A DNA stretch of 64,000 nt from Eledone cirrhosa (GCA_964016885.1 OZ024743.1:12648001-12712000); one strand, 5' to 3'; counted from the stretch's first letter, positions 41,316 through 53,289 are shown. Notes: a model not told the origin generated them from the letters alone. A program made the numbers and translations.

Positions 41316-43109
41316 ATGGCCGAAGCTTCTTCACCAAAATTCGAAGGAGGAAAGGGGAAGATGAACTTACAGCTTCCCCCTGCCACTGTCACAGTAGCAG
41401 AGGTCAAGAAGAAAGGTCAGCCAGAGGAAGAATTCTCTCCACCTGTTAACCGACAACTTGACGTTGCCATGGCAACAACCCAAAGAACCAGCAGCAACAG
41501 CAACAACAACAACAATGCGACGGACGAAAACAACACCAATAACAATAACAATAACAACAACAACAAGACCAATAACGGTGACAACAACAACAATGATAAC
41601 AACAACACCACCAACGACAACAACAACACAAACAAACAAAATTTCTCCTTCGCCGAGACGACAAGGAAAACCCTCGACTATCTGCCAGTAGATATAACAA
41701 AAGCGAAGGAGCTACTGGCGGATGCGAAAAAATATATAGTGTACGGAGAAAATGGTTCATTCACAATCCATTCCCCACCGGAACTAAAAAGCCAGAGACT
41801 CCTAAACACGGTCATGTTTAGGACAATCTCGAACAAAAGTAAAAAACCAGCTCAACCATCACAGAGCGAGATAGAGCTGGTTTTAAAAGACGTCATGAAG
41901 GACATCACCTTCATTCAGAAGGATAGACTCTACGGGAGTCTATCCATTCTCATGAAGGACAGGGACACAGCAGTGAAACTGTCCATCAAACCAATCACAT
42001 CCACCGCATACACCTTCTACCCTATGTACATGGGTAGAAGAACACAAAAAATAAAAATCCACACCATCCTGCCGATTATGGACATATGGTGGGTTTTGAC
42101 AGGTTTTCTGGACCTGGAGGATGACATGCTGGTGTCCATGGGAAAGGCATCGGGTGACGCGTTCAGTGGAACGAGCCTCGAACTTGTAGTTCAAATGAGG
42201 CCCGAAAGGATCGCCCAGATCCCTGAACGCGTCATACTGGATGATCTAACCTTCATCAACATTACCGTTGAGGGTAGACGGCCCTCGTGTTACCTCTGCG
42301 GAACCAGAGGTCACCTGAGGGCTGTCTGTCCCCAACTTAATAAGAAAACCCCAATCCTGCCTACACCACCAACAACTGCACAACCAACACAATCACCACA
42401 ACTACCACTACAAAAACAACCACCACAGCTCAAACCAAAACAAAACAATGTCCAACCCATCCCCTCCACTCAAAAAACAAAAACAATTTCCAAAACACCC
42501 GTACCGCAAACACAACCCGAAAATATACCCCTCCCCTCCAACGCGGAAGATGACCCTAGTTCGTCGTCAGACGAGGAGGAGCACTTCCACACAATCAAAA
42601 GAAAAAAAAGAAAACACACCTCAGACACACAAATGAAAAAAACCCCTCCCCAAAACATAACACTGACACCAACACAAAAGAGCTCACAACAACAGCAAAC
42701 AAAAAACACAACACAAAAACAAAAACATGCATACACATACATAAACACAAGAAACAAAAAACTGTTAAACATTGTGTACAACAACAATCTAATAAAAACA
42801 CAAGGGCCTAACTTCACCCAGGCAGGGGATTTCCCCCACCTCAAAATGATTAAGGCCCCACAGGACACCTATAAAACTTTAAAAAACAATTTTAAAGAGG
42901 ACGTGGGTCCCCCCTGCGTCGGGCCCATTAACCGCGTCCTCCTAAAAAACTATCCCACCCCCTCCCCAAACACCCACACAACTCCAAGCTCCCCAACCAC
43001 ACAACACACTGATGCCCCCACACTTCCACAATCCACCACCCCACCCAACAACCCATCCCCCACCCTAATGGAAATTGTGCAGCCCGATACCCGGGACGCA
43101 GAGAGGTAA
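41316..43109 (+). CDS. LINE ORF1p (597 aa): poly-Asn tract, CCHC zinc knuckle, Pro/Thr/Gln-rich tail
   Basis: CYLCGTRGHLRAVC; homologous to ORF1 at 26402; lies directly upstream of ORF2. Confidence 0.9.
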   Translation: MAEASSPKFEGGKGKMNLQLPPATVTVAEVKKKGQPEEEFSPPVNRQLDVAMATTQRTSSNSNNNNNATDENNTNNNNNNNNNKTNNGDNNNNDNNNTTNDNNNTNKQNFSFAETTRKTLDYLPVDITKAKELLADAKKYIVYGENGSFTIHSPPELKSQRLLNTVMFRTISNKSKKPAQPSQSEIELVLKDVMKDITFIQKDRLYGSLSILMKDRDTAVKLSIKPITSTAYTFYPMYMGRRTQKIKIHTILPIMDIWWVLTGFLDLEDDMLVSMGKASGDAFSGTSLELVVQMRPERIAQIPERVILDDLTFINITVEGRRPSCYLCGTRGHLRAVCPQLNKKTPILPTPPTTAQPTQSPQLPLQKQPPQLKPKQNNVQPIPSTQKTKTISKTPVPQTQPENIPLPSNAEDDPSSSSDEEEHFHTIKRKKRKHTSDTQMKKTPPQNITLTPTQKSSQQQQTKNTTQKQKHAYTYINTRNKKLLNIVYNNNLIKTQGPNFTQAGDFPHLKMIKAPQDTYKTLKNNFKEDVGPPCVGPINRVLLKNYPTPSPNTHTTPSSPTTQHTDAPTLPQSTTPPNNPSPTLMEIVQPDTRDAER

Positions 43110-43133
43110 GTGCCTTTTCTCTTCACCACCAAC

Positions 43134-46100
43134 ATGGCTATGCTAAGAGTAGGCTGTTTAAATGCGCGTGGCCTGGGCTCAACCTGGAAGCAAGCAATGC
43201 TTCTAAATGACCTCAGGTCACAACGTATAGATGTGATGGTTATTTGCGAGGCCCGGATCAGCAATGTGCGACAGCTGGCCCCCACCTTTGATGACTTTGA
43301 GATGCACGCATCTCTCTGTCAGCCCGGAGGTGGGGGTGGAGTTGTCGTTCTGCTGCAAAAACATCTGGGTCTCGCAACACAGATGGTACATTTGGACCCG
43401 GAGGGTCGACTAGTTGTTCTGGACCTTGGCAGTGGTAAAGGCGGAGCGTTTAGGTTGGTAGCCGCCTACGGCCCTTTCGGGTCAATGCGGCCGGACTTCT
43501 TCCATCGTCTGGAGACTTTTCTAGGGACGTCCCGCTCCTTGCTATTAGTGGGGGACTGGAATGGTATCCTAGATGCACGCTGGGACTACGTAGGGGCCTT
43601 CCCCGATAGAGAGGGGTGTAATAGCCTCAAAGGGTTAATCGGTCGATTTGACCTGGCCGATAGATATCGACTAGATTTTCCGACTGCGCCAACCTGGACT
43701 TGGGCAAATCGTAGCGGATCATCTAGGTCGTACCTAGATAGGTTCTTAGTTAGAATTAAGGATAAGGACTTTTTAAGTTGTCCAAAAATGCGCATGGTTG
43801 GCTATTCAGACCACAAATTAGTGACCTGCATGGTCAACCTTGACAGAACTCATAGACAGGGCCCCGGTTACTGGAAGCTCAACTTGTCCTTGCCGGCAAG
43901 TAGAGCCTACAGGAATCGGATTAGTACGTTAGTTAAGGAACGGTTGACTGGAGCGATCGTCAACAGCAGGTGGTGGGTATCTCTAAAGAGAGAGATTAGA
44001 GTAGTCTCGATAGAATTTAGTAAGGTTCTAGCTGCGGATAGGAATAGGAAGGAAAGGGAGCTAATAGATAGAGTAGAAGAGGCAATTAGAAGCGGCGACG
44101 TGGCCAGAGTGCTAGCGTCGAGAACGGCTTTGAGCCAGTTTTTCGACGCGAAGCACGAAGGCTGCGTTGTCCGAAGTAAAATACGTGCTCTAGGGAACGA
44201 GGGGACCAAAGCTGTTAGCTGGGCCCGCGTGACAGAGGCCAACAGTGGAACTAAATCCACCATCCCGTCTTTGCGAGACCTGGATGGACGGGCGATTCTT
44301 GAGCCTAAGCAGATGTGTGAGGCCTTTCAAAGGCACTTTGCCCGACTGTTCGGGAGGGGCGGGGAGCCGGTTGGGAACGTGGACTTCGGTCCATACCTCG
44401 ACGGCCTGCCGCGCCTCTCGGACAGGGAGGCGAAGTCCTGCGAGGAGCCGATTTCGGCCGCTGAGATAGAGGACGTGCTGAGCCAATGCGGCAAACGCAA
44501 ATCCCCGGGTCTCGATGGTCTTCCTTACGAATTATATCTAGCTATGCCGGACTTGTTCCCCGATCTCCTCGAGGCGGTCTACTGCAACTGGCAACAGAAC
44601 GGGAGAATTCCCTGTACTGTGACCAAGGGCGTAGTCACGCTAGTGAGGAAGGACGAGAACAAGGGGGACGAAATAAGTAACTTCAGGCCCATAACTCTGC
44701 TAAATACAGAGTTACAGATTTTGGCCAAGGTGCTAGCAAAGAGGTTGGCGCTTGTCGTGAGCAACCTGGTGGGAGATGCGCAGACATGCGCTATCCCGTC
44801 CAGGTCCATCCATGACAACCTCCACCTCATGCGATACATCATAGAGAGGGTTGGGAACGAACCCGGCTTTGGTGGGGCTCTGATCAACTTGGATCAATCT
44901 AAGGCGTTCGATAGGGTCAACCATGGTTACCTGGATGCGGTGCTAGCGGCGGCAGGCTTCGGACCCGTTTTCAGGGGCTGGATCACTGCTATGCACAGCA
45001 GCCGCATCTGCTCTAGGGTCAAGGTGAACGGCTACCTCTCGGAGCCGTTCAAAATCGCGCGGTCCATCCGACAAGGGTGCCCTCTCTCCTCCCTTCTGTA
45101 TGTGTTGACTCTCGAGCTACTACTGCGGAAGTTGGAGTTGTTGCAGGGCATCCCTTTGGAACCGGGATTGCGGAAAGCGGTGTCGGCCTACGCCGATGAC
45201 GTGACAGTAATGGTGTCGACGGCCTCCGAAATCGAGGCGGTCGGCACCTTACTGGAGGAGTACGAAAAGTTCACAGGGGCTAAGCTGAACCGGGACAAGT
45301 CGATCGGTTTGCAACTCGGCACGTGGAGGGGCAGACCGATGCCCTCCGATGGCGTCGTCGGACGCTGGACGGAGGGCCCGGTGAAGTTGCTCGGGGTCTG
45401 GTTCGGACCGGACCTCCAGGTGGAGAAAAACTGGGCGGAGGTTACGAACAGGGTGTTTGCACTGACCCAGAAGTGGGCCAGTTGCAAACTATCCCTGAAA
45501 GGTCGGGCGGAGGTGGCGAACACCTACATAGCGTCCGTCATCTACTACCGCCTGACCGTAGTGCCCTGCCCAAGGGAAACCCTCACCAAGATGGAGCGCG
45601 CGCTCTTCCAATTCCTTTGGAAGAGGCGGGCTCCTATGGTGAGGAGATCCATCTGCTGTCAACACCCTTCGAAAGGAGGGCTGGGGATGCCGTGGCTAAT
45701 GATGCGTAAACACGTATTAAGGCTACGGCACCTCTACGTATTCCTCACCGGACAACCGGTGTGGGCCTCGTTTGTGAGACGAACCTTTCCCAGACTCGTC
45801 TCACTCACCGAGCTGCAATCCTGGGTCAAGCAAAGACCGAGAAAACTGGGCGCCTGGCACACTGAGTGTGCCCAGGCGCTCACCGCCCTCTGGCAGGCGG
45901 ATCCGGTTATCAGTGGAGACTCCACCGCAACATTCTATAGAGGGCTGGTACGCAGCAGGTGCGACGACGCCCTCGGAGAAGCCCTAGACATGGAGGAGGA
46001 CGAACTGGCCGGCCTGTTCGATAGGACATTCAGCCCGGGACCTATGGACAACTTCCAGAAGTCCCTGGCCTGGCAGTGCTACCGAGGAGCTTTACCCGTT

Positions 46101-46571
46101 CGAGAAAGGCTCTACAGACACGGGCGCCCGGGTAGGGACCCCGCCAAAAAGATCTGTCCCAGATGCGTGTGCGACGAGGAAACCGTTGCACACGCATTGG
46201 TACACTGCTCGGGCGTAGCCGATATGTGGGGCTATGTCGAACAACTGCTGTCAAGGGTGGGACCGATCCGGTTGACCACCGAGTCTATTGTAATGATCAA
46301 GCCGCCTCCCCCCTTCAAAGATGAAGCAGAGGCGGTGTTTCTGTGCGTAATAGCCATGGCAAAAGAGGTTGTATGGTGGACGCGTCTGAAAGGACTGAGG
46401 TCAGGCACCTTTCTCTCTGGCCAACAACTGGTCCGTTTCTTCCGATATCATTTCGGAAGAAGGATCAGGATGGAGAGAGAGGTGCTGCACCCCAGTCGTT
46501 TTTATGAAAGGTGGGTGAAAGTGGCGAGAATGGCCCGTGTGAATGGGCCTTCTCTTTACATAAGCCTGTAG
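43134..46571 (+). CDS. LINE ORF2p: AP endonuclease, reverse transcriptase and C-terminal Zn finger (Tx1/L1 clade)
   Basis: LNARGL, GDWN, SYLDRFL, YSDHK, GYWKLN, KSPGLDGLP, NFRPITLLN, LDQSKAFDRV, QGCPLS, YADD, GGLG, CPRC..ETVAHALVHC. Start placed at the ATG in CCAACATGG, not the GTG at 43110. Confidence 0.96.
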   Translation: MAMLRVGCLNARGLGSTWKQAMLLNDLRSQRIDVMVICEARISNVRQLAPTFDDFEMHASLCQPGGGGGVVVLLQKHLGLATQMVHLDPEGRLVVLDLGSGKGGAFRLVAAYGPFGSMRPDFFHRLETFLGTSRSLLLVGDWNGILDARWDYVGAFPDREGCNSLKGLIGRFDLADRYRLDFPTAPTWTWANRSGSSRSYLDRFLVRIKDKDFLSCPKMRMVGYSDHKLVTCMVNLDRTHRQGPGYWKLNLSLPASRAYRNRISTLVKERLTGAIVNSRWWVSLKREIRVVSIEFSKVLAADRNRKERELIDRVEEAIRSGDVARVLASRTALSQFFDAKHEGCVVRSKIRALGNEGTKAVSWARVTEANSGTKSTIPSLRDLDGRAILEPKQMCEAFQRHFARLFGRGGEPVGNVDFGPYLDGLPRLSDREAKSCEEPISAAEIEDVLSQCGKRKSPGLDGLPYELYLAMPDLFPDLLEAVYCNWQQNGRIPCTVTKGVVTLVRKDENKGDEISNFRPITLLNTELQILAKVLAKRLALVVSNLVGDAQTCAIPSRSIHDNLHLMRYIIERVGNEPGFGGALINLDQSKAFDRVNHGYLDAVLAAAGFGPVFRGWITAMHSSRICSRVKVNGYLSEPFKIARSIRQGCPLSSLLYVLTLELLLRKLELLQGIPLEPGLRKAVSAYADDVTVMVSTASEIEAVGTLLEEYEKFTGAKLNRDKSIGLQLGTWRGRPMPSDGVVGRWTEGPVKLLGVWFGPDLQVEKNWAEVTNRVFALTQKWASCKLSLKGRAEVANTYIASVIYYRLTVVPCPRETLTKMERALFQFLWKRRAPMVRRSICCQHPSKGGLGMPWLMMRKHVLRLRHLYVFLTGQPVWASFVRRTFPRLVSLTELQSWVKQRPRKLGAWHTECAQALTALWQADPVISGDSTATFYRGLVRSRCDDALGEALDMEEDELAGLFDRTFSPGPMDNFQKSLAWQCYRGALPVRERLYRHGRPGRDPAKKICPRCVCDEETVAHALVHCSGVADMWGYVEQLLSRVGPIRLTTESIVMIKPPPPFKDEAEAVFLCVIAMAKEVVWWTRLKGLRSGTFLSGQQLVRFFRYHFGRRIRMEREVLHPSRFYERWVKVARMARVNGPSLYISL

Positions 46572-46835
46572 GTGGAAAAGAGGAAGGAACGAGGGAGCAC
46601 CCCCTCTCTGTGCTCCTGAGGAAAAGGGTTGCACACTTTTTTCGGGGGTGTGTGCGACCCCCCAAGGCGCCTCCTCTCTATTGAGGATTTTGTTAAAAAA
46701 TTTTATTTTTTGTTATATCTTATTTTATTTTTATATTTTGTTATTGCCTCCTCCTTATTGAGGACGCCTTTTTGTGTAAACTCCCCCCTTTGTACTTGTC
46801 CCACTTTTGATGCCCTAGTGGCAAATAAAAGAAAC

Positions 46836-46897
<62 letters not shown>

Positions 46898-49800
46898 CCA
46901 CACCTTAAACTTATAGGGGTTTCTATGGAAACCTATAAAGACCTGAAAATTAAATTTTCACAGGACGTGGGCAACCCCTGCCACAAACCCATCAACCGCG
47001 TCCTGTTGAAAGGTTTCCCCACCCCACCCAACACCCCATCCAGCACCCAAATGGAGATTGAACAACCCGATCTCCAGGAAACGAAAAGGTAAGTGCACCT
47101 TTCGTCCTTTTTCTCCAACTTTTCTTCACCAACATGACTGGTTTACGAGTTGGAACCGTGAATGTGCGTGGCCTAGGGATGCCCTGGAAACAGGGCCAAC
47201 TTTTAAACGACCTTAGGTCACACAGTATGGATGTGATAGCCATTACCGAGTCCAGAATCCACAACAGGCAGCAACTAACCCCCATCTTCGACGACTTTGA
47301 GATCTACGCATCTCTCTGTCAGCCAGGAGGTGGAGGTGGAGTGGCTGTTATGTTTCGGAAGAACCTGGACGTCGGAGTACAGCAAGTACACTTGGACCCG
47401 GAGGGTAGACTGGTAGTCCTAGACGTGAACAGTATCGGAGGTAGAGCCTTCAGACTGGTGGCCGTTTATGCCCCGACCGGGCAATCGCAATCACGGCCAG
47501 ACTTCTTTAAGCGTCTAGAGTCTTTTCTGGGAACGTCTCGCTCCTTACTTTTAGTGGGGGACTGGAATGGTATCCTAGATGCACGATGGGACTATGTGGG
47601 AGCATGTCCCAGTAGAGCGGGGTGCAACAGCCTCAAAACTTTAATCGGCCAATTCCAACTGGCCGATAGGTATCGACTGGATTTCCCGACTGCACCACAG
47701 TGGACGTGGGTAAACCGCAGTGGGACATCTAGATCGTATTTAGATAGGTTCTTCATTAGAGAAAGGGACAAGGATATGTTAAGCTGTCCACGAATGCACA
47801 TGGTTGCCTATTCAGATCACAAGTTAGTAGTCTGCTTAGTCAACCGTGATAGAATACATAGACAGGGTCCCGGATACTGGAAGCTGAACGTGTCGTTGCC
47901 GGCACGTAAAGCTTACAGTGAACGGATAAGTAAACTAGTCAAGCAACAGTTAACGGGAGCCATCGTCAACAATAGATGGTGGTACTCTCTCAAGAAAGCA
48001 ATTAGAATAGAATCGATAGGGTATAGCAGAGAGTTAGCCTTAGAGAAAAACAGAATAGAAAGAGAACTAGTAGCCAAGGTAGAGGAGGCACTTAGAAGTG
48101 GCAACGCGGCTAGAGTGTTAGCGTCGAGAACGGCACTGGACCAGTTCTTCGATGCGAAACACGAAGGCTGCGTGGTCAGAAGCAAAACACGTGCTCTAGG
48201 AAACGAAGGAGCGAAAGCTGTCAGCTGGGCCCGAGTGGCGGAGGCAAAAAGTGGCAACAAGTCCACGATTCGGTCTTTGAAAGACCAAAACGGACGCGTG
48301 CTACTTGACCCCAAGCAAATGTGCGCGGCCTTTCAGCGGCACTTTGCGCGACTGTTTGAGCAGAACGACGGTGAGCCGAACGGGGCAATGGACTTTAGTT
48401 CATACCTCGACGGCCTGCCGCGTCTCTCGAACACGGACGCCGAGTTCTGCGAAAGACCGATCACGGACACTGAGATACGGGACGCTCTGGGCCGCTGCGG
48501 GAAACGCAAGTCACCCGGTCTAGATGGTCTACCCTACGAATTTTACATAGGCATGCCGGACTTGTTCTCTGGCGTCCTCGAAGCCGTCTACTGCAATTGG
48601 CAGCAGAACGGGAGAATTCCCAGTTCTGCAGGCAAGGGCGTAGTAACGCTGATCAGGAAAGACGAGAACAAGGGGGACGAAATTAACAACTTCAGGCCCA
48701 TAACTCTGCTCAACACAGAGTTAAAGATTTTGGCCAAGGTTGGCCCTTGTCGTCGAGAACCTGGTAGGGAAAGCGCAAACGTGTGCAATCCCGACCAGGT
48801 CCATACACGACAACCTCCACCTCATGCGATACATCATAGAGAGGGTGGGTAGTAAACCCGGCTTCGGTGGGGCTCTGATCAACTTGGATCAGTCTAAGGC
48901 ATTCGATATCGTCGACCATCGATACTTGGAAGCGGTTCTCAAGGCGGCCGGTTTCGGTCCCGTGTTCAGAGGATGGATCGAGGCGATGCACACCAGCATC
49001 TGCTCGAGGGTCAAGGTGAACGGCTACCTATCGGAGCCGTTCGCAATCACGCGTTCCATTCGACAGGGATGCCCTCTCTCCTCCATTCTGTATGTATTGA
49101 CTCTAGAGCCACTACTGCGGAAATTGGAGCTGTTGCAGGGCATCCCCCTAGAACCGGGACTGCGCAAAGCGGCGTCGGCTTATGCCGACGACGTGACAGT
49201 AATGGTGTCGAGCACCTCGGAAATCGGGGTGATCGGCAACATACTGAAAGAATACGAAACGCTGACGGGAGCAAAACTAAACCCAGACAAGTCTGTCGGT
49301 TTGCAACTCGGTACGTGGAGAGGCAAACCGATGACATCCGACAGCGTCGTTGGACGCTGGACGGACGGACCGGTGAAATTGCTCGGGGTCTGGTTCGGTC
49401 CAGACCTCCAGGTGGAGAAAAACTGGAACGAGGTCACGGCCAAGGTGTTTGCACTCACTCAGAAGTGGGCAGAGTGCAAACTGTCCTTGAAAGGTCGAGC
49501 GGAGGTGGCGAACACTTTCATAGCGTCCGTCATCTACTACCGCTTGACTGTCGTGCCTTGTCCCCGTGAACACCTCGCCAAGATGGAACGCATGCTCTTC
49601 CAGTTTCTGTGGAAGAAGCAGGCTCCGCTGGTGAGGAGATCCGTCTGCTGTCAGCACCCTTCCAACGGAGGGCTGGGAATGCCGTGGCTGATGATGCGCA
49701 AACATGCGCTGAGGCTGCGGCATCTCCAGGTATCCCTCACCGACCCCCAACCGGTGTGGGCACCGTTTGTGAGACAGGCTTTCCCACAGCTCGTCTCGCT

Positions 49801-50800
49801 AACGGAGCTGCAGTCCTGGGTGAAGAAAAGACCGAAAACGATTGGCGCCTGGCACATTGAATGCGCTCAGGCGCTCACAGTCCTCTGGCAAGCGGGCGCA
49901 GCAATCAGTGGAGACTCCACTTCGACATTCTATAGAGGGATTGTACGTTACAAGGGCGACGACGTGCTCGGAGAGACTCTGGGCGTCGAAGACGATGAGC
50001 TCACCAGTATGTTTGGTAGGACTTTCCGCCCGGGACCTATGGACAACTTCCAGAGGTCCCTGGCCTGGCAGTGCTACCGAGGAGCTCTACCGGTTCGTGA
50101 CAAGATCTACAGGCACGGACGCCCTGGCAGGGATCCTACCAAGAGGACGTGTCCAAGATGTGCGCAGGACATTGAAACAGTTCTGCACGCAATTGTACAC
50201 TGCCCGGGCGTAAGCGACCTGTGGAACTATGCAGAACAACTGCTGTCGCGTATGGGACAAATACAGTTGACTGCCGAGTCCATAGTAAGGATCAAACCGC
50301 CAGACTCTTTCAAAAACGAAAGAGAGGCGGTTTTCCTCTGTACGGTGGCTATGGTGAAAGAAGTTATATGGTGGACGAGGTTGAGAGGACTGAGGACAGA
50401 TGCCTTTCTCTCCGGACAACAATTGATTCCATTCTTTAAGTATCACTTTAGAAGGAGAATCAGGGTGGAGAGAAAGGCACTGCACCCCAGTAAATTTACT
50501 GAAAGGTGGGTGAATGAAGCGAAAATGGCCCGAGTGATTGGTCCTTCTCTGTTTATAAGCCTGTAGGTTGAGGAAGAGAGCAAAAGGAAGAAAGGAGCAC
50601 TTGCACAACACGCTCCTTGAGTTGAGGGTTGTTCTATCGACGGGGTATTAAACAACCCATTTGTGGCGCCTCCCCCCTATTGGGGATTTCGATTGTTGAA
50701 ATTGTTTGTTTTTATATTTTTTACACGACTGTATGTAAAATCCCCGGCATGTCTTTGTATTGTCCCCTTTCTTGTTGCGCCCTTGTGGCTAATAAAGAAA
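46898..50800 (+). mobile_element. Tx1 copy of a second subfamily, truncated in ORF1; ORF2 47134-50566 with one frameshift near 48740
   Basis: ORFs 47134-48852 and 48740-50566 join across a short deletion in LAKV(LAKR)LAL. Distinct 3'UTR. Confidence 0.94.
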
Positions 50801-50814
50801 TCTAACTATCTATC

Positions 50815-51438
50815 GTGCACGCATTCATACACTGCCCGGGCGTCACTGACCTGTGGGGCTATGTAGAACGACTATTGTCGCGGGTGGGACCAATCCGGTT
50901 GACCACCGAGTCCATTGTCATGATCAAACCGCCACCCTCCTTCAAAAACGAAGGAGAGGCGGTTTTCCTTTGTATGATAGCTATGGCGAAAGAGGTTGTA
51001 TGGTGGACAAGGTTGAAAGGGCTGAAGTCAGACACCTTTCTCTCCGGCCAACAACTGATTCTTTTTTTCAAATACCACTTTGGAGGAAGAATCAGGATGG
51101 AGAGAGAGGTGCTGTACCCCAGCAAGTTTTATGAAAGGTGGGTGAAAGTGGCGAGAATGGCCCGAGTGAATGGGCCTTCTCTCTATATCAGCCTGTAGGT
51201 TGAGGAAAAGGAGGAGGAGAGGAAAGGAGTACAAGCTCTTCGTACTCCTGGAGATGAGGGTTGCACATTTTTTTTCGGGGGTATGTGTTACCCATATAAA
51301 CTGTCTCCCTCTATTGGGGAAAATCGACTAACTTTTAAATTCCATCTGTGATAACATTTTACACGTTTTTATTGTATGTAAACTTCCCCCTTTGTATTTG
51401 TCCCCTTCTTTTGTGCCCCTGTGGCTAATAAAGAAATA

Positions 51439-51439
<1 letters not shown>
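50815..51439 (+). mobile_element. 5'-truncated Tx1 copy, third subfamily
   Basis: Near-identical to 54210-54833; TCTA on both sides. Confidence 0.93.
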
Positions 51440-51478
<39 letters not shown>

Positions 51479-52385
51479 GTCATTCTATAGAGGGCTGGTG
51501 GTTAGCAGGTGCGACGACGCCCTCGGAGAAGCCCTAGGCATGGAGGAAGACGAACTGGCCAACCTGTTCGGTAGGACATTCAGCCCGGGACCCATGGATA
51601 ACTTCCAGAGGTCCCTGGCCTGGCAATGCTACAGAAGGGCTCTGCCCGTTCGAGAAAGGCTCTGCAGACACGGGCGCCCGGGTAGGGACCCCTCGAAAAA
51701 GATCTGTCCCAGATGCGTGTGCGACGAGGAAACCGTTGCACACGCATTGGTACACTGCTCGGGCATTGCCGATCTGTGGGGCTATGTCGAACAACTGCTG
51801 TCAAGGGTGGGACCGTCCGGTTGACCACCGAGTCTATTGTAACGATCAAGCCGCCTCCCCTCTTCAAAAACGAAGGAGAGGCGGTGTTTCTGTGCGTAAT
51901 AGCCATGGCGAAAGAGGTTGTATGGTGGACGCGTCTGAAAGGACTGAGGTCAGACACCTTTCTCTCTGGCCAACAACTGGTCCGTTTCTTCCGATATCAT
52001 TTCGGAAGAAGGATCAGGATGGAGAGAGAGGTGCTGCACCCCAGCCGTTTCTATGAAAGATGGGTGAAAGTGGCGAGAATGGCCCGTGTGAATGGGCCTT
52101 CACTCTACATCAGACTATAGGTGAGGAAGAAGAAAGACCAAGGGAGCACCCCTTCTCTGTGCTCCCGAGGAGAAGGGTTGCACACTTTTTTCGGGGGTGT
52201 GTGCGACCCCCCAAGGCGCCTCCTCTCTATTGAGGACTTTGTTATAAATATTATTTTTTGTTATATTTTATTTTATTTTTATATATTGTTATTGCCTCCT
52301 CCTTACTGAGGACGCCTTGTTTTGTAAACTCCCCCCATTGTACTTGTCCCACTTTTGATGCCCTGGTGGCAAATGAAAGAAACAT
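51479..52385 (+). mobile_element. 5'-truncated Tx1 copy related to 41099-46836
   Basis: ORF2 C-terminus with a frameshift and the same 3'UTR type; TCTA on both sides. Confidence 0.93.
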
Positions 52386-52403
52386 ATCTATCTATCTATC
52401 TAT

Positions 52404-53195
52404 GAGACTCTGGGCGTCGAAGACGATGAGCTCACCAGTCTGTTTGGTAGGACTTTCCGCCCAGGACCTATGGACAACTTCCAGAGGTCCCTGGCCTGGC
52501 AGTGCTACCGAGGAGCTCTACCCGGTTTGTGACAAGATCTACAGGCACGGACGTGTCCAAGATGCGCGCAGGACATTGAAACAGTCCTGCACGCAATTGT
52601 ACACTTCCCGGGCGTAACCGACCTGTGGAACTATGCAGAACAACTGCTGTCGCGTATGGGACAAATGCAGTTGACTGCCGAGTCCATAGTAAGGATCAAA
52701 CCGCCAGCCTCTTTCAAAAACGAAAGAGAGGCGGTTTTCCTCTGTACGGTGGCTATGGTGAAAGAAGTTATATGGTGGACGAGGTTGAGAGGACTGAGGA
52801 CAGATGCCTTTCTCTCCGGACAACAATTGATTCCCTTCTTTAAGTATCACTTTAGAAGGAGAATCAGGGTGGAGAGAGAGGCACTGCACCCCAGTAAATT
52901 TACTGAAAGGTGGGTGAATGAAGCGAAAATGGCCCGAGTGATTGGGCCTTCTCTGTTTATAAGCCTGTAGGTTGAAGATGAGAGCAAAAGGAAGAAAGGA
53001 GCACTTGCACAACACGCTCCTGGAGTTGAGGGTTGTTCTATCGACGGGGTATTAAACAACCCATTTGTGGCGCCTCCCCCCTATTGGGGATTTCGATTGC
53101 TGTAATTGTTTGTTTTTATATTTTTTACACGACTGTATGTAAAATCCCCGGCATGTCTTTGTATTGTCCCCTTTTCTTGTGCGCCCTTGTGGCTA

Positions 53196-53196
<1 letters not shown>
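52404..53196 (+). mobile_element. 5'-truncated Tx1 copy, second subfamily
   Basis: Matches 49974-50792 with an internal deletion. Ends at GGCTAA with no AATAAA, directly into TCTA. Confidence 0.93.
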
Positions 53197-53285
<89 letters not shown>

Positions 53286-53289
53286 CTAT

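Larger units (their letters stand above)
41099..46836 (+). mobile_element. Full-length, apparently intact Tx1-clade LINE inserted in (TCTA)n
   Basis: 5'UTR, two uninterrupted ORFs, structured 3'UTR, AATAAA at 46824. TCTA tracts at 41077-41098 and 46837-46897. Confidence 0.96.

Noticed and set aside
43107-43136. ORF1 and ORF2 in the same frame separated by one TAA (read-through fusion)
   Set aside because: In the second subfamily the stop-to-ATG gap is 41 nt and out of frame, so the phase is not conserved.
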